A DNA stretch of 64,000 nucleotides. Origin: Eledone cirrhosa. Taxonomy: Eukaryota. The notes under the pieces were generated by a model, which ran no database searches, was not told the origin of the DNA, and worked only from the letters and a program-made list of their open reading frames with translations. Both the position numbers and the translations under genes were made by a program. Below, piece after piece: positions 57,681-64,000 of this stretch. The stretch covers positions 94,798,001 through 94,862,000 of the forward strand of contig OZ024743.1 in the NCBI GenBank assembly GCA_964016885.1. The letters are read 5' to 3'. Numbering within the stretch: the stretch's first letter is position 1; the number at the start of each line of letters is the position of its first letter.

Positions 57681-58130
57681 CAAGTTAATATATAGTTTAG
57701 AACTCATTATTCTTAGTATATATATACAAAGAATTGTTCTTTGTGCACCACAGAAAAGTATAGGATTTTGCTAAACTTGAGAGCCACTTCCGCTTGCCTT
57801 AACTCAAAGACTGAGATCTTCAGATGCTGTCCTCATCTGAAATCGCATCTGATCTGTAACTGGATTGGCACTCCTATGAGAAATCAACCGCCTTGAACTC
57901 CTTCTCTGCTCTTTACTTTTGCTACGGTTTTTATTTTGCTGACTCTACCTTCTGTACTCTTGTATATTTAAAAAAAAATTTTCTCCCTTACCTCCCCTTA
58001 TATTTTACCTTCTCTTATGCCCCCCCCCATATATTCTTTTTGTTTTGCCCTTCACATACCTATGTGTATGTGTATGTATTTTTGTGTGTATTTATATATG
58101 TGTATATGTATATATATGTATGTATATATT

Positions 58131-58182
<52 letters not shown>

Positions 58183-58257
58183 CGTGTGTGTATGTGTGTA
58201 TATAATTGTATATTTGTGTGTGTATATGTATGTATATGTGGATAAACCAGGCTTTTT

Positions 58258-58315
58258 TTCATTCTGAAGATTGAAGGAAACTTTTTTTGCTTTTAAGAAA
58301 CCTCTGGTGAATGGA
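58258..58315 (+). ncRNA. Hammerhead-like fold with GUG cleavage triplet (probably poorly active)
   Basis: UUCAUU-CUGAAGA-UUGAAG...CUUUUAA-GAAA-CC(UCU)GG-UG-AAUGGA. Confidence 0.55.
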
Positions 58316-58466
58316 TTAATTGCATTGTATGGCTTTATTACTTTACTACTATATATACGTTTATGTAAGGTTCATTTGTCTTATCTAATACTGAGCTTTA
58401 CACATACACACATGTATATGTGTGTGTGTATATGTATGCATGTGTGTATGTGTACGTGTATGTGTG

Positions 58467-58535
<69 letters not shown>

Positions 58536-58741
58536 GTATATGTATATGTATGTATGTATATGTGTGCGTGTGTATTTATTTATTTTTATGTATGTGTGGG
58601 TGTGTGTGTGTGTGTGTTTGTATTTGGTTGTGCGTGCTTTTGATATATACGTATTTGCATGTGTATAATTGTTTAGCTATGTATGTATATGTGTGTTTAC
58701 GTATTTATATGTGTGTGTGCGTTTATATTTTTATATTTTTG

Positions 58742-58786
<45 letters not shown>

Positions 58787-58789
58787 AGA

Positions 58790-61700
58790 TCAAAAGATGG
58801 TTAAAGGAGTTCCATGTATTTTATTATGCGCATTTCAAAAACAAACATCATCATGCAATAATATTTGTGTTTTTATCAGATAAAACAGGAGAACATGATA
58901 TGAAGGCTAAAAAACACTTGTGGATAGTGCAGTTTTAAATCAACATATGAAAAGTCGTTTTAGATTGATGTGTGATATTGGGAAAAATATTTTATTTAGA
59001 GAGGGGGGGGTGAGGATGAAAAGGGAAGGAGATGAGAGGAAGAGATGGGTGATAGAGAGAAAGAGATAGTTTTTATAACTGAGAGGAGATATATTGTTTT
59101 ACATAGAGAGGTTGAAAACCGTTGGAAGATAATGTATAAATTAAAAATTTTGAAAATTAACGAAGGGAGGATATGTGCGAGGAAAAATTATTTTATTTAG
59201 GGAGGGGGGGTGGAAAGGATGAAAAAAAGGGGGAGGAGATGAGAGTGAAGGTGGAGAGGGAGAGATGGGTGATAGAGAGAAAGAGATAGTTTTTATAACT
59301 GAGAAAAAGATATATTGTTTTAACATAGAGAGGTTGGGAACCGTTGGAAGATAATGTATAAATTAAAGGAATTTGAAAATTAACGAAGGGAATTTATGTA
59401 TGAAGATAGAGAGAAAAAATAATAATTGTGGATGAATATTCTAACGTCAAAAAAAGAAATGTATGTATTGTGGCAATTTCAAAATTAACGAAGAGAAAAA
59501 TTATTAAGGTTTGTGTGTAGAAGGATTTGAGAAAAATAATGTGAAGTTAAAGTTTGTATATTGAAGGAATTGATAATATATGCGAATAAAGAGTTAATAT
59601 GTATTAATAATGTGTTCGTTGATGGGGAGAAAAAAATAATAAATTAAGGATGAAATTGAGATTAAAAAGATTTATGATAGAGAGAAAAAATAATAATGAT
59701 TGCGGATGAATATTCTAACGTCAAAACAACAAATGTATATGTTATGATTTTACAAGGTGAAGATAGAATGAGGGTAATGAGTAAACAAGTATTATAGAGT
59801 GTATAATGCCCTTTAAAGTAAGGTAGATGGGTATATTTTAAAGAGGTGTATGTATATGTGCCTTTGAGAAAAGATTCTAAATTGATAAAGAATTGAATAT
59901 TAACTGTATACTTTGTGAAAAGTTCTATGGAATTTATGCAGGCAGATAGAAAACAAATCTGTGCGTCTATTTATTATAGAATCTAGGTTAGAGATAATGG
60001 TAAATTTTTCATTTAGGCAGAGATTACAGATTTTAGATAGAGAGCTGTTCAAGTATGAGGATGCAGAAGAAATCTTCTTCCAAAAGATGGTATATTTAAT
60101 GTTTTTGTCTTTTAAGGACCATATGAGTTCTGAGAGAGCAGTGTTGGTTCTTTTAAGTTTGTATTTGAAAGATGAATGATGATTATAGAGACGAGCTTTA
60201 AAAGAGGTGGAAGTGGAGCCAAAATAGGTGAAGGAATTGGTGCTAGTTATAATTTTACATTCATAAATTAAGTTTTTATCGAGACAATGGTTGTTGAGAG
60301 GACATTTATTTTTAATGCGGCAGTTGCAATTAGAGAGATTATTAATGAGTGATCTAGTGTTATCTATAGAAGGAATTGGATTGGAGAAGTTGTTTGCGAT
60401 AGGAATAATAGGAATAATAGTTTCTTGATTTAGAGTTGGATTATGAACATTTAGCGAAGTTGTGTTTGACGTTGTATTTGGGTTTACAGAAGTTAACCTA
60501 GGGTTTACAATGACGTCGGGAGTACTATTACTGTTATTATGAAATTCAATATTGGAAGGAAGAGATTTAGTATTTAGTATTTTATTGTTGTGTTTAGAGA
60601 TGATGTTAGAAATATTGGAGGATGTAGAATACGAAAATGTGATGGTGTGTTTGTTAAATATTTTACTATAGATATGTGAGGGAGGGAAGCATTTATTTAA
60701 GGCATTAAAAAATAATTTAGGAATATTGTTATTAATAGAGATGGAGAAAGGAGCATTATACCAGATTATGTTTTTGTATCTAGGTCTTTTATTAAAATTA
60801 TTGGAATGGTCATGATTAATTATTCTACTGTAAGTTTTTCTAGAATTTGTTTCTTTACTATATTTGATTTTATCTGGATAGCCGGCTTTAGAAAGTGCGT
60901 TATTATAGTAATTGGCGTTAGCATCAAAGATGTTTTTATTAGAAGATATGTTAGATATTCTTTTTCCAATATTATTAACATGGATTATTACAACATAACC
61001 AATTCAACTAAAGACATTCCTATACCTGGTAAATCTGAATTCACCAAAATTCTTATTGAAAAAACTGACTCCTTCGTAAGAAGACTTAGATGGACAGCCT
61101 ATTTCTATGACCAGCGCCTAAAAGGGAACTTTCATACCAAAGAACATAACTTCCTCGATCATCTTTTTAATTCTAGACGAAATCCTCCTTCCAATAAAAA
61201 TCTAGTACAATTCGAGGAAGAATTAACTAAAATAATAAAAAATCTTAAATTCAAGAGATACCCTTACAAAGGACAAGAGCACCTTGTAAATCTCAAGAAC
61301 ACAATCTCTAACCTAAATTCCTCAAAAAATGTTTTAGTCCACTCTGACAAAACCAATAACATATATGGTATTTCCAAGGATAATTATAACAACCTTATCC
61401 TAAAGGAACTTAGGAAAAAGTATCGTAAAACCAACCATGAAAATTTAGAATGCATAAACCTTGAAGCCTATGAGATTAATTATGTCAAAACTTGGCATTG
61501 AAAAAAAGACCGAACCATTCCTCCCAAGAACTCCGAGGATAAATCTCAAGGATCACAAAAACAATTTTCGCACTGAACTACCTGTTAGATTAATCGCCCC
61601 CTCTAAATCTGATCTGGGGATTGTTAGTAAAGCCATCTTGGATAGAATTATCCCACAGGTTAGTTCTAATTGCTCTTCTTTGAACCTAAATTTATGGTTT

Positions 61701-64000
61701 GGTACTTCTGAAGTGATTGGCTGGTTCAACAAATTGGATAATAAAAACAAACTAAAATTTATTCAATTTGATATTGCCAGCTACTATTCCTCCATTTCGC
61801 CTTCACTTCTCAATAATGCTCTATCTTTCGCACTTAAATATTCTGACATCACCACAGATGAACTTCACATCATCCTCACCGCACGTAAAACCATCCTAGA
61901 GTTCAACAACGAATATTGGACCAGAGCCGATACCTCTAACAACTTCGACATCACAATGGGAGCATCCGATTCATCCCAATTGACTGATTTAATTGGTATC
62001 TTCATTTTGAACTCTTTGAGTCGGAAAATTCCTCAACTTCGCGGTGGAATTTATCGTGACGATGGACTCTTTACTATCCTAAATTGCAATATAGTTAACC
62101 TTAATATTATTAAGAACAATATACGTAATTTCTTTAACCAACATAACCTAAAAATTGAATTTGATAACAGTATCAAACTAGCTAATTTCTTGGATGTATC
62201 TCTTAATCTTGACACTGGCCTATATTACCCTTACCATAAAAACAATGAGAACCTTAATTATGTTAACTTTAAATCTAACCATCCTACCAATATCAAGAAT
62301 GCTATAGTTAATAATATTGGAAAAAGAATATCTAACATATCTTCTAATAAAAACATCTTTGATGCTCACGCCAATTACTATAATAACGCACTTTCTAAAG
62401 CCGGCTATCCAGATAAAATCAAATATAGTAAAGAAACAAATTCTAGAAAAACTTACAGTAGAATAATTAATCATGACCATTCCAAAAATTTTAATAAAAG
62501 ACCTAGATACAAAAACATAATCTGGTATAATGCTCCTTTCTCCATCTCTATTAATAACAATATTCCTAAATTATTTTTTAATGCCTTAAATAAATGCTTC
62601 CCTCCCTCACATATCTATAGTAAAATATTTAACAAACACACCATCAAATTTTCGTATTCTACATCCTCCAATATTTCTAACATCATCTCTAAACACAACA
62701 ATAAAATACTAAATACTAAATCTCTTCCTTCCAATATTGAATTTCATAATAACAGTAATAGTACTCCCGACGTCATTGTAAACCCTAGGTTAACTTCTGT
62801 AAACCCAAATACAACGTCAAACACAACTTCGCTAAATGTTCATAATCCAACTCTAAATCAAGAAACTATTATTCCTATTATTCCTATCGCAAACAACTTC
62901 TCCAATCCAATTCCTTCTATAGATAACACTAGATCACTCATTAATAATCTCTCTAATTGCAACTGCCGCATTAAAAATAAATGTCCTCTCAACAACCATT
63001 GTCTCGATAAAAACTTAATTTATGAATGTAAAATTATAACTAGCACCAATTCCTTCACCTATTTTGGCTCCACTTCCACCTCTTTTAAAGCTCGTCTCTA
63101 TAATCATCATTCATCTTTCAAATACAAACTTAAAAGAACCAACACTGCTCTCTCAGAACTCATATGGTCCTTAAAAGACAAAAACATTAAATATACCATC
63201 TTTTGGAAGAAGATTTCTTCTGCATCCTCATACTTGAACAGCTCTCTATCTAAAATCTGTAATCTCTGCCTAAATGAAAAATTTACCATTATCTCTAACC
63301 TAGATTCTATAATAAATAGACGCACAGATTTGTTTTCTATCTGCCTGCATAAATTCCATAGAACTTTTCACAAAGTATACAGTTAATATTCAATTCTTTA
63401 TCAATTTAGAATCTTTTCTCAAAGGCACATATACATACACCTCTTTAAAATATACCCATCTACCTTACTTTAAAGGGCATTATACACTCTATAATACTTG
63501 TTTACTCATTACCCTCATTCTATCTTCACCTTGTAAAATCATAACATATACATTTGTTGTTTTGACGTTAGAATATTCATCCGCAATCATTATTATTTTT
63601 TCTCTCTATCATAAATCTTTTTAATCTCAATTTCATCCTTAATTTATTATTTTTTTCTCCCCATCAACGAACTCATTATTAATACATATTAACTCTTTAT
63701 TCGCATATATTATCAATTCCTTCAATATACAAACTTTAACTTCACATTATTTTTCTCAAATCCTTCTACACACAAACCTTAATAATTTTTCTCTTCGTTA
63801 ATTTTGAAATTGCCACAATACATACATTTCTTTTTTTGACGTTAGAATATTCATCCACAATTATTATTTTTTCTCTCTATCTTCATACATAAATTCCCTT
63901 CGTTAATTTTCAAATTCCTTTAATTTATACATTATCTTCCAACGGTTCCCAACCTCTCTATGTTAAAACAATATATCTTTTTCTCAGTTATAAAAACTAT
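58790..64000 (+). mobile_element. Young Penelope-like element (possibly Naiad-type) with a ~2.2-kb inverted 3' copy at its 5' end
   Basis: 59286-60979 is the reverse complement of 62307-64000. The inverted arm ends in an HHR-like motif at 58818-58886 (core CUGAUAA, palindromic UGCGCA). Confidence 0.92.
60980..63386 (+). pseudogene. PLE RT + GIY-YIG ORF with a single frameshift near 61470-61500
   Basis: MDYYNITNSTKDIPIP..RRLRW, SDKT, LKDHK, QFDIASYY, ITMGA, YRDDGL, CNC..CPL..C, LIYEC...YFGST..FKARLYNH, C..C, C.H. Confidence 0.92.

Noticed and set aside
60806-60979. N-terminal extension of the 231-aa ORF
   Set aside because: Antisense read-through of the inverted PLE arm. The real ORF starts at ATG 60980.

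Overview
AT-rich, microsatellite-dense animal genomic DNA. The SINE and repeat repertoire plus a molluscan-type tyrosinase suggest an octopus/cephalopod (inference). There is one host gene: a minus-strand secreted tyrosinase (type-3 copper protein). Its splice model includes a final exon absent from the ORF track, giving signal peptide - tyrosinase - Cys-rich domain - Thr-rich linker - chitin-binding (CBM14-like) module, about 727 aa. The rest is mobile DNA: several Penelope-like elements (PLEs) with tandem and inverted structures, LINE relics (R4/Dong-like, Tx1/L1, RTE, CR1-like), tRNA-derived SINEs, MITEs and non-autonomous Helitrons. A 7.5-kb segmental duplication pairs 1-7523 with 33338-40939. 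The most striking unannotated signal is about 15-18 hammerhead-ribozyme (HHR) motifs read by eye on both strands. Some lie in PLE pseudo-LTRs. Others lie in 250-500 bp non-coding tandem units (retrozyme-like), four of which carry an ATGCAAAT octamer 73-93 nt upstream. One HHR sits in sense orientation in the intron preceding the chitin-binding exon. All calls were made by eye with no searches, so boundaries of decayed elements are approximate.
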